Shown in pieces: positions 54,112 to 62,654 of a stretch of 64,000 bases of DNA (positions are counted from its first letter, which is position 1; each line of letters starts with the position of its first letter). The DNA comes from a virus (taxonomy: Duplodnaviria > Caudoviricetes): positions 1 through 64,000 of IMG/VR virus record IMGVR_UViG_2765236019_000001; one strand, 5' to 3'. The position numbers and the translations under genes were made by a program. The notes below the pieces were generated by a model, which saw only the letters and a program-made list of their open reading frames with translations, had not been told where the DNA came from and did no database searches.

Positions 54112-54861
54112 TCAGCCGTTGAGGCGCTGCACCTTGGTGCTCAAAATCGCTTGCATTTCGATGATGCGCCTAGGGTCCGGACGGGGGTGCATCCACTTGT
54201 TCTTGGGGTGCATCTGAGCCCGCAACGGCGCGGCTTTCAGAAAGGCACTGAAAGTATGGTCTTCCCACGGGGGTACCCACGCTCCGGAGCGGCATACGAA
54301 GCAGGCTGAGAAGGCGACCGGAGGCGGCACGCCGTCGTCAATAGACATGGCCACTTCTACTAGCGGCTCTTCGGTCGGGCGGTCCAGTGACTCACGCCAT
54401 GGCGGAAAGTGGACGTGTAGCTCGGCGCCTGCCCACGCATGGGCCAACATCCAATTTTCGCACCGGATCCCGTCGCCGCTAGCCTTCCACTCTTCGAAGC
54501 TCGCGTGATTGAGCTTGCACCCCGCATCATGGTGCGCGTCGTACAGGTGGATCGTGTCCCACGAGCCTTCACCGCCCACGTCGCTTGGCCATAGATGCCC
54601 CGCCCACGCGTTGCTGTCTGCGTAGATCAACGGAGCCCCGTCCGTGAACCAGAACCGCCCCCAGAACCCGCCCCAGCCGCTCGCGGTGGGCAGCGGGACT
54701 CCGGCTTCGCTGAATCGCTTGGCGCGTTCCACCCACACAACTTCGGTGTGATGTTCGTCTTCGGCCACAGGCCATCCGTACAGCTCCGGGTGGGAGCCCA
54801 TGGGAGCGCCAGCGTCCGGGTTGGGGAAGAAGAAGTCCCAGTCAACGACGAGCAGATGCAT
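54112..54861 (-). CDS. Arginase/deacetylase-fold (UPF0489-like) metallohydrolase with permuted motif order
   Basis: VDWDFF at the N-terminus, YDAHHD, CENW and CRSGAWVPPW. SD GAGGAGG. Confidence 0.7.
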   Translation of the reverse strand: MHLLVVDWDFFFPNPDAGAPMGSHPELYGWPVAEDEHHTEVVWVERAKRFSEAGVPLPTASGWGGFWGRFWFTDGAPLIYADSNAWAGHLWPSDVGGEGSWDTIHLYDAHHDAGCKLNHASFEEWKASGDGIRCENWMLAHAWAGAELHVHFPPWRESLDRPTEEPLVEVAMSIDDGVPPPVAFSACFVCRSGAWVPPWEDHTFSAFLKAAPLRAQMHPKNKWMHPRPDPRRIIEMQAILSTKVQRLNG

Positions 54862-55292
54862 TCGGTTACCTCCTCGGGGGGCAGCTTAGCGGCAGACAGC
54901 ACTGCCCCCGACCGCAACTTGCCAGCGGCCGGGGGCAGTTGATCACTCAGGCGTTCTGGAAGTGACCAGGGCTTCCGCTGCCGCCCTGGCCGTCGCCGTC
55001 CTCAACGTCGGTATTATCCGACCCCGTGGCCGCCGTCATCCTCGCCGCCGTGCGCGGCGGCATTCCTCTCCAGTGCTTCCTTGAGGGTCACAGGCGTTTG
55101 CCTTCCCAAGAAATTCGATTCGAGGAGTTTCCCCGGATCGTGGTGCACCTGCTGGCCCGGCCGCCTGATGGCCGGGGGCTTGCCCGCCCCCGTCGAGACT
55201 CTCGCCCCGGGTGGGGGAATGCGATTGTCTGCGACGGGTAGCGGAGTTTAAAGAGGCGTTATTGGCCATTCACGGCGCACCGCCAGAGGTTT

Positions 55293-55448
55293 TCACGTTC
55301 CGTACCAGCGCCCCTCCTTCTGGCCGCGCTCATCGAGGTTCTGCGACACCATCGCCTGTCGCTCCTTGGCGTTTTGAGTGCCAGCCACCTCCGAGTCCCG
55401 GTTGCGCCGCTCTTTAGCGGCCTTGATGGTGTGTTTTGCTTTCGACAC
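55293..55448 (-). CDS. 51-aa basic micro-protein
   Basis: SD GAGAGGA. MSKAKHTIKAAKERRNRDSE...RWYGT. Confidence 0.5.
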   Translation of the reverse strand: MSKAKHTIKAAKERRNRDSEVAGTQNAKERQAMVSQNLDERGQKEGRWYGT

Positions 55449-55543
55449 TGCTTTTCCTCTCTTTCATCGGGCCCGTCCCACTAGTCCACCGTTGTTTGGG
55501 ATGGCGGGCCGGGGTACGGATCCGGCAACGGCGCTAACGACCG

Positions 55544-55699
55544 CTATTTCCCGGACTGCCTGTCGGCAATCTCCTGTGCAGATTGCGCAGCCGCATCACG
55601 TACCGCCGGAGGGAGACTCTCATCTCCGGCTGCCTGACTCAGGCTTTTGATACTGGCGATGTCGTTGAAAAACTCGTCGTCGTCATTCTGCTTGCCCAT
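55544..55699 (-). CDS. 51-aa acidic micro-protein
   Basis: SD GAGGT. MGKQNDDDEFFNDIASIKSL... Confidence 0.5.
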   Translation of the reverse strand: MGKQNDDDEFFNDIASIKSLSQAAGDESLPPAVRDAAAQSAQEIADRQSGK

Positions 55700-55783
55700 G
55701 TCACCTCTTTTGAAATCGTTTCAGGTTTCTTACCGGACGAACGCAGGAGCGTAGCGACCGGCGGCACACATGCGGGAGTAGTC

Positions 55784-56029
55784 TCACGACTGTATGCCGC
55801 GGGTAGCTACCGTCCATGCTTCGGCCAGCATTCCGTACCTCCGCACTCGAAATCGATATTTCTCCGATTCGGCGGCTGTCGCATGCCGACACTGGTCGGG
55901 GTCCGCGTCCCATTCTTCCCCAAGGCCAGTTGATTCATCCACCAGCGTCGGAATACCGTCTCGGAAGTCCGTGACGCGGGCAACGGTTTTTCGGCCTTCA
56001 TCAAACACTATGCTGCCGACCTTCCACAT
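55784..56029 (-). CDS. Small SH3-like protein typical of Streptomyces XRE cassettes
   Basis: VGSIVFD...GEEWDADP...R.AT..E. SD GGAGGT. Confidence 0.65.
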   Translation of the reverse strand: MWKVGSIVFDEGRKTVARVTDFRDGIPTLVDESTGLGEEWDADPDQCRHATAAESEKYRFRVRRYGMLAEAWTVATRGIQS

Positions 56030-56100
56030 CGCGCACCTCCCAGAAGAGAAATGAGTGTGTCAGGAGAAGGAGTGCTCACCCTTGGGCCGAGTGTTTCGGA

Positions 56101-56439
56101 TCAGGGACTTATCCCCTCAACGCTTTGGCGCTGTTTCGATCGAGCAGCCGCACTCCGCTCCAACGCCTCCGCATAGCCCCTCTGCATTTCTTCGCTTCGT
56201 CGCCCTCTTCGTAATTGAACGCCCGCCGCCAGCAACATTCTGTGCACGAAGTCACGTGACCGCCCAGTCGCACCCACTAGAATTGGGAAAGAGGCTCCCG
56301 CATCGTAGTGCCGCTTCAAAGCGTCGCGGACCTGCACCTTTTGCTTGGGAGTCAGCCGCTGCCGCGGATCCAATCTCGGTATCTCTGGCAATTCAGCCTC
56401 GCCCGTCAGACTCACGTCCCCTCGCTCCTCCCCTACCAC
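56101..56439 (-). CDS. Small HTH protein (HTH_58-like)
   Basis: HYDAGASF..L...TGRS..FVHRML.AAGV.LR. Confidence 0.7.
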   Translation of the reverse strand: MVGEERGDVSLTGEAELPEIPRLDPRQRLTPKQKVQVRDALKRHYDAGASFPILVGATGRSRDFVHRMLLAAGVQLRRGRRSEEMQRGYAEALERSAAARSKQRQSVEGISP

Positions 56440-56614
56440 GGATCTTTACGCCCCAACCGACGAGCGTGCCCTTCAGCCAGTACTCACTGACCTGGAAATC
56501 ACTGGCGATCTTATTAAGCGGCTCCCCGCCGTCGTACCGATTGACCACTTCAGCCTTACTGCGTCGTACAGTCTGCCGCGCTTCTTCGACCTCTTTTTGA
56601 GTCCGCCGCGCCAT
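56393..56614 (-). CDS. Small HTH protein
   Basis: RYDGGEPLNKIA.DF.VS......L..WGVKIRGRG. Confidence 0.7.
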   Translation of the reverse strand: MARRTQKEVEEARQTVRRSKAEVVNRYDGGEPLNKIASDFQVSEYWLKGTLVGWGVKIRGRGGARGRESDGRG

Positions 56615-56908
56615 CTACCCATCTCCCAACGTCGCATAGCTGCGGTACCGGCGGGTGTGGCACCTCGTACAAGAACTCCGGCCGCCATCGTCGGTCTCCC
56701 AACGGCACGGCTTTTCAGCTGAGTCTGTCGGGCCGTCGTATCTCAGTACGCAGATGTGACCCGCAAGACCGTGCGCGGCAATCAGTCCTCTCCAGTACCG
56801 ACCCACCCCTACGTCACGAGAGAAATCCCTCTCGGCCTGAAGCGCTAGAGCTAACCACCCTTGGCACGTCTCACATTTACCGGAACCCTTACCCCGAGCC
56901 ACTGCCAT
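56615..56908 (-). CDS. Cys/His-rich protein with a DUF6255-like C-terminus
   Basis: CETC...H...H followed by C.W...GG...CTRC.TRRY.SY..L. Confidence 0.5.
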   Translation of the reverse strand: MAVARGKGSGKCETCQGWLALALQAERDFSRDVGVGRYWRGLIAAHGLAGHICVLRYDGPTDSAEKPCRWETDDGGRSSCTRCHTRRYRSYATLGDG

Positions 56909-56915
56909 CCCCCGG

Positions 56916-57305
56916 TCACTTGGCAGACGCCTGATTTTCTTCACACTCGTCTTCATCTATGCAGGCGGGCGTGATATTTACAGCGCCGGTGTAGTCGTCG
57001 TGGTAAATCCAGACCTCAATCTGGTCGTACCGCCGTGGCACATGACAAACCGCACACCGAAAAATCGCTGGGTCGTCACCGAGCGCTGCCTCACACTTAG
57101 CGTCACAGAGTTTTGCAGCATCGTATTTAGAACTCTGACACCAGCTACGAACCGTGCACTGGGCCAGGTCCAGGCAACTCATTGTCAGTGCTTTTCGATA
57201 GTCCGTCATAAACCGGGAAATTCCGAGACGACTGATGGGGACTAGACAGGTACAGAACCAGCAAGAATACAGAACACTCCCCTGGACATCCCAATCGTCA
57301 CCCAT
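56916..57305 (-). CDS. Cys-rich hypothetical protein
   Basis: SD AGGGG, several CxxC pairs. Confidence 0.5.
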   Translation of the reverse strand: MGDDWDVQGSVLYSCWFCTCLVPISRLGISRFMTDYRKALTMSCLDLAQCTVRSWCQSSKYDAAKLCDAKCEAALGDDPAIFRCAVCHVPRRYDQIEVWIYHDDYTGAVNITPACIDEDECEENQASAK

Positions 57306-57416
57306 CACCGTCCCCCTACCTACGAGCCCGACTTCTGATACCCCGACCCCTTGCAAGACCGACAAATAATGGTCACGACTTTCCCTCGCTGAATAGTGAT
57401 GATCCGCTTTTTGCCC

Positions 57417-57827
57417 TCACATTCCTTGCAGAACTCGACCTTCACTCCATGCCCCTCTTTTCTCTTCGTCGTGCTCGTACGGACAGGCAGAGCCTGTACG
57501 AGGACATGCGATCAACGCGATGTGCACGTACTTCTCTCGGTCAGAGACGTATTGGGTCATGACATCTTGTCCCGCCCACATACGGCTCCGCGCAGTCTCT
57601 TCGAATGCGGACGCCTCAATTCCACGAGGATCTGGCCTGTAGACACTGAGCCGCTCCATGTACCACTTAATAGCAGCATGAGGGTCATCAAATCTTCCCG
57701 CGTGCAGCTCATGCGGCTTTTTGAGCCATTCCCCTCGGACCATTGGGGGTACCGCGATCGAGGAGTCGCGGCGTTCTTCGGCGCTAGGCAAAAAATGCCC
57801 GGACCAGATGTATCCGTGGTAGTGCAT
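57417..57827 (-). CDS. Conserved Streptomyces hypothetical protein
   Basis: MHYHGYIW.G...PP....WLKKP...G.DV...CP....CP. SD GGTGGAG. Confidence 0.65.
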   Translation of the reverse strand: MHYHGYIWSGHFLPSAEERRDSSIAVPPMVRGEWLKKPHELHAGRFDDPHAAIKWYMERLSVYRPDPRGIEASAFEETARSRMWAGQDVMTQYVSDREKYVHIALIACPRTGSACPYEHDEEKRGAWSEGRVLQGM

Positions 57828-57835
57828 TACTCCAC

Positions 57836-57934
57836 CTAGAGATATCCGTGCCGAGAGATAATTTCGCTCACCACGAAGCTCACCAACAGCCAGAGGAAAA
57901 TCACGACGAGACACCCGACCCCGATGTACGTCAC
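57836..57934 (-). CDS. 32-aa membrane peptide
   Basis: GTGA overlap. MTYIGVGCLVVIFLWLLVSFVVSEIISRHGYL. Confidence 0.5.
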   Translation of the reverse strand: MTYIGVGCLVVIFLWLLVSFVVSEIISRHGYL

Positions 57935-58491
57935 CGAGGCACAAGGCTCAGTGCTCGATGCACCCTGGCCCTCAGCAGATTGTCCAGGCTCAGGAGAGGT
58001 GTCCATCTGCGCACTGCCGGAATCCCTATCGGCACCTGCGAGGACAGGGTGCGGAACAGGAAATGGACGGTGTAGACGACCTGAGCGGGGAGGCATTTCT
58101 CCGGATTCGCACGCACACGGCTAACATCGATCAACAGGGGGCACCGATCCTTCGGGGCCACCCAGACCTGATCCAGCCCGGTCGACCCCACCAATGAGCT
58201 GTACGTCAGCGAAAGAAGGTCTTCCGCATCGCACTCGGCCATCGCGACGAATTCCTGGTGCATGACCCAGTCCCGTATCCCGACGTCCCAGAAATGAAGG
58301 ACCGCCTGGAACTCGTTGACCACCACTGCCGACACCACGATGATCGGACACTGCTCACAGGCCGCATCCCCACCATCGGCATGCCGATGAGACTCCAACG
58401 CCTCCACCAACACGCTGAGCCGGTCTCCCTCGTGAGGGTGGGCCGCCAGATAGCTCTCGACGGCCGTCGCCAACAGGCACCGCATGCTCAT
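57931..58491 (-). CDS. NUDIX-fold protein with a degenerate Nudix box
   Basis: YLAAHPHE, SAVVVN...VLH, P..IDV...ANPEK..PA and FLFR resemble Streptomyces NUDIX proteins. REuxEE is absent. Confidence 0.6.
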   Translation of the reverse strand: MSMRCLLATAVESYLAAHPHEGDRLSVLVEALESHRHADGGDAACEQCPIIVVSAVVVNEFQAVLHFWDVGIRDWVMHQEFVAMAECDAEDLLSLTYSSLVGSTGLDQVWVAPKDRCPLLIDVSRVRANPEKCLPAQVVYTVHFLFRTLSSQVPIGIPAVRRWTPLLSLDNLLRARVHRALSLVPR

Positions 58492-58844
58492 GGAGCCACC
58501 TCCAGCAGCAGACACGGGATGTCGAGCCGGAGACAAGAGACTTCGCGCACGCGCCCCACCACCCAAAAAGACGGGCCCTTCCCCACTGTGTCGTACGGCG
58601 CCGAGGTATACCCATCGAGCCATTCACCTCGCCTGCCGAGCGAGGCTCGGAGCCCGCGAATCACTGGTCGCCGAGCCTCGCTCGGCAGGCCACTCAGCAG
58701 CTCCTGCACGACCGCGTCGAGCCACAGCAGCGCTTCCTTCGGGGAGTCGAGGACCAGCTCGTGGCGCACAGCGCAGGGCGCAGTAGAGAGGCGGCTGACC
58801 ACCGCGGCCAAGTAACGCGGCGTCACCTCGGTCGGAATACTCAT
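58488..58844 (-). CDS. Conserved hypothetical protein of XRE/HATPase cassettes
   Basis: SPKEALLWL motif, ATGA-coupled on both sides. Confidence 0.6.
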   Translation of the reverse strand: MSIPTEVTPRYLAAVVSRLSTAPCAVRHELVLDSPKEALLWLDAVVQELLSGLPSEARRPVIRGLRASLGRRGEWLDGYTSAPYDTVGKGPSFWVVGRVREVSCLRLDIPCLLLEVAP

Positions 58845-59275
58845 GCGGAGCACCTCGCCAAGGAGCGCCGCCCTTCAGGCAACTCTGCCGGTGCGATGAG
58901 TGTGGCGCAGACGTCCTTGCCGTTCTCCACCGGTATGGCCTCCCACTTGTCGGAGAGCTGCTCGACGATGCGCATCCCCCGACCTCCAAGAGACGCCCAC
59001 CCAGGGTCGGCGAGCACCGGGAGTTCGGAGGACCGATCGCGCACCGTGATGAAAAGGGACTGGCCTTCTACCGCAAGCGTGAGCACCGCGTATCCGTCCG
59101 CATGGTGCAGAACGTTCGTCAGAAGCTCGGTCACCACCGCCTCGGCAGGCTCCGCGAGAGCCTCCAGCTCCCACCGGCGCACGTAGGACGCGACCAGCTT
59201 GCGGACGGACCGGAGCCGCGCCGGGTCGACGTTGAAGGCGAGCTTGAACCGCTCCTGGCGCATGATTTGACACAT
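58841..59275 (-). CDS. HATPase_c (anti-sigma kinase-like) ATP-binding protein
   Basis: VTELLTNVLHH, V.D, GGRGM.IV, W and GK.V. Confidence 0.9.
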   Translation of the reverse strand: MCQIMRQERFKLAFNVDPARLRSVRKLVASYVRRWELEALAEPAEAVVTELLTNVLHHADGYAVLTLAVEGQSLFITVRDRSSELPVLADPGWASLGGRGMRIVEQLSDKWEAIPVENGKDVCATLIAPAELPEGRRSLARCSA

Positions 59276-59365
59276 AGTCAGCGACCTCCCTAGGTCAACC
59301 GCCGCTGGAGCCCGCCCAGGTGGCCAAGACAGGGACCATCAAGTCGCGGCAGTGAGGCCATGGTT

Positions 59366-59391
59366 GCTTGCGAGCAACATTTCTCGCAAGC
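59366..59391. promoter_or_regulatory. Putative operator in the divergent HATPase/XRE promoter region
   Basis: 9-bp inverted repeat GCTTGCGAG-N8-CTCGCAAGC. Confidence 0.45.
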
Positions 59392-59482
59392 TCTCTCACT
59401 AGAAAGAGTGCCGACGAGCAAGATTGGCATATGCCAAGCGCTCCACAGCCGGTACCCTGCGTGGTTACGGGAGGTAGACGGG

Positions 59483-60373
59483 ATGACTGACGCACAACCA
59501 AACGTGCATCGGCGCCGACTCGGCTTGGCGCTCAGGGCCCTACGTAAGCGGGTCACCCTTCCCGACAGGGAGGACGGGGCCCTCACCCTCGCTGATGCAG
59601 CCGAGATGATAGGGCTGGCAGGGCAGTCCGCACTGAGCAAGATCGAGAGCGGCAAGCAGCGAGTGCCACTCAGTACCCTGCCGAGCTACTTCGCGGCATA
59701 CGGAGTCGACGACCCCGCTGTCCAAGAGGAGTTGCGGACGCTCGCTACCCTCGCGTCAAGCGGCAAACGGTCAAATCTGCTCAACCAGTTCAAAGGGCCC
59801 CTGCCCGACCCCTTCGCGGAGTATCTGCACCTGGAGGAGCTGGCACACAAGAGCGAGGTGTATACCCTGATCATCCCCGGCCTCCTCCAGCACACGGAGT
59901 ACGCCGAGGCGATCATTCGGCGCAGTCGTCAGTGGGAGTCCAACCGAGAGATCCGAAACTACGTCAACCTGCGGCTGGAGCGTCAACGTGCTCTGCACAG
60001 GGATGATCCCCTTCAGCTCTGGTGCATCATCGATGAGGCCGCCCTACACCGCAAGGTTGGCGGCCCGGAGGTGATGAAGGCCCAACTCCAGCACCTGGTG
60101 GACCTCTCGGACGAGCACCCGCACGTCACCATCCAGGTGCTGCCATTCGAGGCCGGACCGCATGCTGGTATCGACGGGGCCTTCACTCTCCTACACTTCC
60201 CAGCAGGGCCGCCTGTCGTGGTGGTCGAGCCGATGACGACTCACCTCTACCTGGAGGACGACAGCGACCTCGGACGCTATGAGACCTGCATCAGCCACTT
60301 GAAGGCTGAGGCGCTCGACCCGGACAGCAGCCGCCAGTTCATCATCAAACTGATCAAGGAAAAATACCTATGA
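59483..60373 (+). CDS. XRE-family HTH regulator with a DUF5753 domain (WhiJ/Scr1-like)
   Basis: RRRLGLALRALR, LSKIESG, IPGLLQ..EYA, IDEAALHR.VGG..VM..QL and IQVLPF..G.H. Confidence 0.93.
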   Translation: MTDAQPNVHRRRLGLALRALRKRVTLPDREDGALTLADAAEMIGLAGQSALSKIESGKQRVPLSTLPSYFAAYGVDDPAVQEELRTLATLASSGKRSNLLNQFKGPLPDPFAEYLHLEELAHKSEVYTLIIPGLLQHTEYAEAIIRRSRQWESNREIRNYVNLRLERQRALHRDDPLQLWCIIDEAALHRKVGGPEVMKAQLQHLVDLSDEHPHVTIQVLPFEAGPHAGIDGAFTLLHFPAGPPVVVVEPMTTHLYLEDDSDLGRYETCISHLKAEALDPDSSRQFIIKLIKEKYL

Positions 60374-60597
60374 AGAAGTCGGTCGACCTCACGAACGCTG
60401 TGTGGACGAAGAGCGACTACAGCAACGGCAGTGGCGCTAATTGCGTCGAGGTCGCCTTCGTTGACGGATTCGTAGCCATCCGTGATTCCAACGACGCGGA
60501 CGACCCCACCATCAAGCCGACGATCGTCTCGGAACAGGACTACCGGTTCTTTACTCGCAGCATTCAGGAGGGCCAGGAGGGCCTCCTTCTGCCGTGA
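60370..60597 (+). CDS. DUF397 protein (BldB/Scr2-like)
   Basis: WTKSDYS.GSGANCVEVA...VAIRDS. ATGA overlap. Confidence 0.92.
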   Translation: MKKSVDLTNAVWTKSDYSNGSGANCVEVAFVDGFVAIRDSNDADDPTIKPTIVSEQDYRFFTRSIQEGQEGLLLP

Positions 60598-60606
60598 GGA
60601 ATCTCT

Positions 60607-60651
60607 AGGAACACAAAAACCCCAGGGCTCGCCTGGGGTTTTTGTGTTCCT
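60607..60651. terminator. Bidirectional terminator between the capsid and DUF397 genes
   Basis: Perfect 20-bp inverted repeat AGGAACACAAAAACCCCAGG/CCTGGGGTTTTTGTGTTCCT. Confidence 0.85.
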
Positions 60652-60666
60652 CTCGAAGATGCGGAA

Positions 60667-61650
60667 TCAGTTCGTCTCGATCGTCACTACGGACTGATCC
60701 GTAATCATCCCCATGCCGTAGATGCTGTACCACGCTAGAGCGTGCTCTCGGCCAAAATCGAGCACACCGCCGTCGCGGAGTTCGACCGGCAGCGAGATCG
60801 CATGGCCGAAGGCGTTGTCCCCGATCATTGAGGACTGGTAGACGGTCTTGCCGTCCTTGTTCGTGACCTGGCGGACCTGTGTGGTCTCGATGAAAATGAC
60901 GTCGTCGATTCGGCCGATTTCCCCCAGAGAGAAATTCCCAGGGGACGCGTATTTGGTCGCCTCGATCCAGCTGGGGTCCTCACGCAGCCACCGGCTCTGG
61001 TGCGGGTGCACGAAGCACACGTAGGTATCGCCGAGCCTCGGGATGTTCTTCGAGGCAAGTGTCTCGACGCCATCCTTGACGACGGCCGAGGTGAAAAAGT
61101 GCTCGGTGAGACCGTCTCGACCGACAGCGTTCTGTCCCTTGTCATAGGGTGACATGTTCGTGATCGGCTGCCCCGGCTTGAACTTATCACGGCCGTAAAG
61201 AACGCTCGTCGCGCCCAGAAGGACATCGCGGCACTGGCCGTCCAGGTACATCGCCATATTCCGGCCCAGCAGACGGCTGGCGCTCGCCATGACGTCGTCG
61301 AAAGAAGCGTTCAGCAGCAGCTCCGAGACCGCGACGGCGGCTCCGTGCTCCGCGACCGTAATCGAAAACTGGCTCGCGGAAAGGGCCTGGGTTTCCATGC
61401 GGACACCCTCAACAAGCTGCCGCGCTCCCTCCAGGTTGTTGTACCGCATAAAATTGATCTGAAGCCCCGGCGCGACCCCGAGTTCGGTCTTCTTCACAGC
61501 GAACTGCTCGTAGCGCAAGATCGGCATCGACTGGAACAGGATTTCCTTGCTCCAGATGGTCTGGATAGCCGGGGTCAGCTGAGTGTTGGAGCCAGGGTAG
61601 GCAGTCGGGTTCGCACCGAGCTGGCCAGTACCAGTGATCGCAGATGGCAT
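60667..61650 (-). CDS. Major capsid protein (N4-gp56-like family)
   Basis: WSKEILFQSMP, FVHPHQ, GEIGR..DVIFIETT and DFGREH.LAWY. Confidence 0.92.
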   Translation of the reverse strand: MPSAITGTGQLGANPTAYPGSNTQLTPAIQTIWSKEILFQSMPILRYEQFAVKKTELGVAPGLQINFMRYNNLEGARQLVEGVRMETQALSASQFSITVAEHGAAVAVSELLLNASFDDVMASASRLLGRNMAMYLDGQCRDVLLGATSVLYGRDKFKPGQPITNMSPYDKGQNAVGRDGLTEHFFTSAVVKDGVETLASKNIPRLGDTYVCFVHPHQSRWLREDPSWIEATKYASPGNFSLGEIGRIDDVIFIETTQVRQVTNKDGKTVYQSSMIGDNAFGHAISLPVELRDGGVLDFGREHALAWYSIYGMGMITDQSVVTIETN

Positions 61651-61747
61651 ATCGTGTCCTCCTGGTGTAGACGATAAAGACCGGTCTTACGCTCTAACTG
61701 GCACACCGTGTCTGGATCCGCCAAGGCGTACGCTGCCGTCCAGATTT

Positions 61748-61777
61748 AGTGTGATCGGCCCGCGGAATAATCTGTTA
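61748..61777 (-). promoter_or_regulatory. TAACAG-N18-CACACT promoter of the capsid gene
   Basis: Motif match just downstream of a hairpin (GACACCCATCT/AGGTGGGTGTC) that follows the scaffold gene. Confidence 0.55.
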
Positions 61778-61841
61778 CCCGAATAGGTACAAACACAAGG
61801 ACACCCACCTCTCATGAACAGAAAGATGGGTGTCATATTCT

Positions 61842-62636
61842 TCAGCCGAACATTCCGCGGTCACCGGACGACGATGCAATGCCAGGGATCTGCTTTCGTA
61901 CCTCTGCCCACCGAGACATCGGCATCGTCGATATCTCCTCCACGGAGAGCTGGCGGGTGTCTCCCATGGCACCGCCGGGCCCGATGCCGTAGCCAGTGGG
62001 CTGGGTGCCCCGCATCTGGGCACGGGCCTGGGTCTGGGCGGCCTGGATGCTCTGCACAATGGCGGCCGACTTGGCGGCCATGGCGGCGATCGACTCGTCG
62101 ATCTCCTCCTTGGTGTTTCCCGTCACCAGGTCCTGCAACTCGGGGGCGATATTGTCGGCCGCCTGCGCCAGCGCGGCCGATCGGTAGCTCTGAAGCTCCG
62201 CAAATTCCCGCTCCTTGGCAGCCAGGGCATCCCGCTCAGCAATCTGCTTCTGGAGATCGGCCAGCTTGGCTTCCCACTCCTTTTCCTTTTCAGCAAGAAG
62301 GGTTTTCGCAGTCAGCTCGGACCGTCGCTTTCGCTCGGCCTCTTCCTCGGCGACACGCTGCGCCTCGGCAGCCGCCTCCTCGTCCGCCTTGCGCTTTGCC
62401 TCGCGCTGCTGTAGATCCGTCGCCAGCTTGTCCAGTACTTCCTGCTGCGACTCAAGGCGGTTCGTGAGCGTTTCGCGTTCCTGCTGGCGCGCTCGGGCGA
62501 TGTCGTCCTCGGTGAGCGCCTTTGGCGCCTCGATACCCTGCTCCGGAGGAGGGACCATTACGGTGATGGTCTCCCCGGTCGGCTCGGACGTCTGCGGAGC
62601 GGAAGAGGCCGGGGCGGTCGGTTCGGTGTTCGGCAT
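61842..62636 (-). CDS. Capsid scaffolding protein
   Basis: Long coiled coil, I.PEL.DLV.G.T.EEI..SI, located between portal and capsid. Confidence 0.85.
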   Translation of the reverse strand: MPNTEPTAPASSAPQTSEPTGETITVMVPPPEQGIEAPKALTEDDIARARQQERETLTNRLESQQEVLDKLATDLQQREAKRKADEEAAAEAQRVAEEEAERKRRSELTAKTLLAEKEKEWEAKLADLQKQIAERDALAAKEREFAELQSYRSAALAQAADNIAPELQDLVTGNTKEEIDESIAAMAAKSAAIVQSIQAAQTQARAQMRGTQPTGYGIGPGGAMGDTRQLSVEEISTMPMSRWAEVRKQIPGIASSSGDRGMFG

Positions 62637-62654
62637 GGCTACATCCTCACGTCA

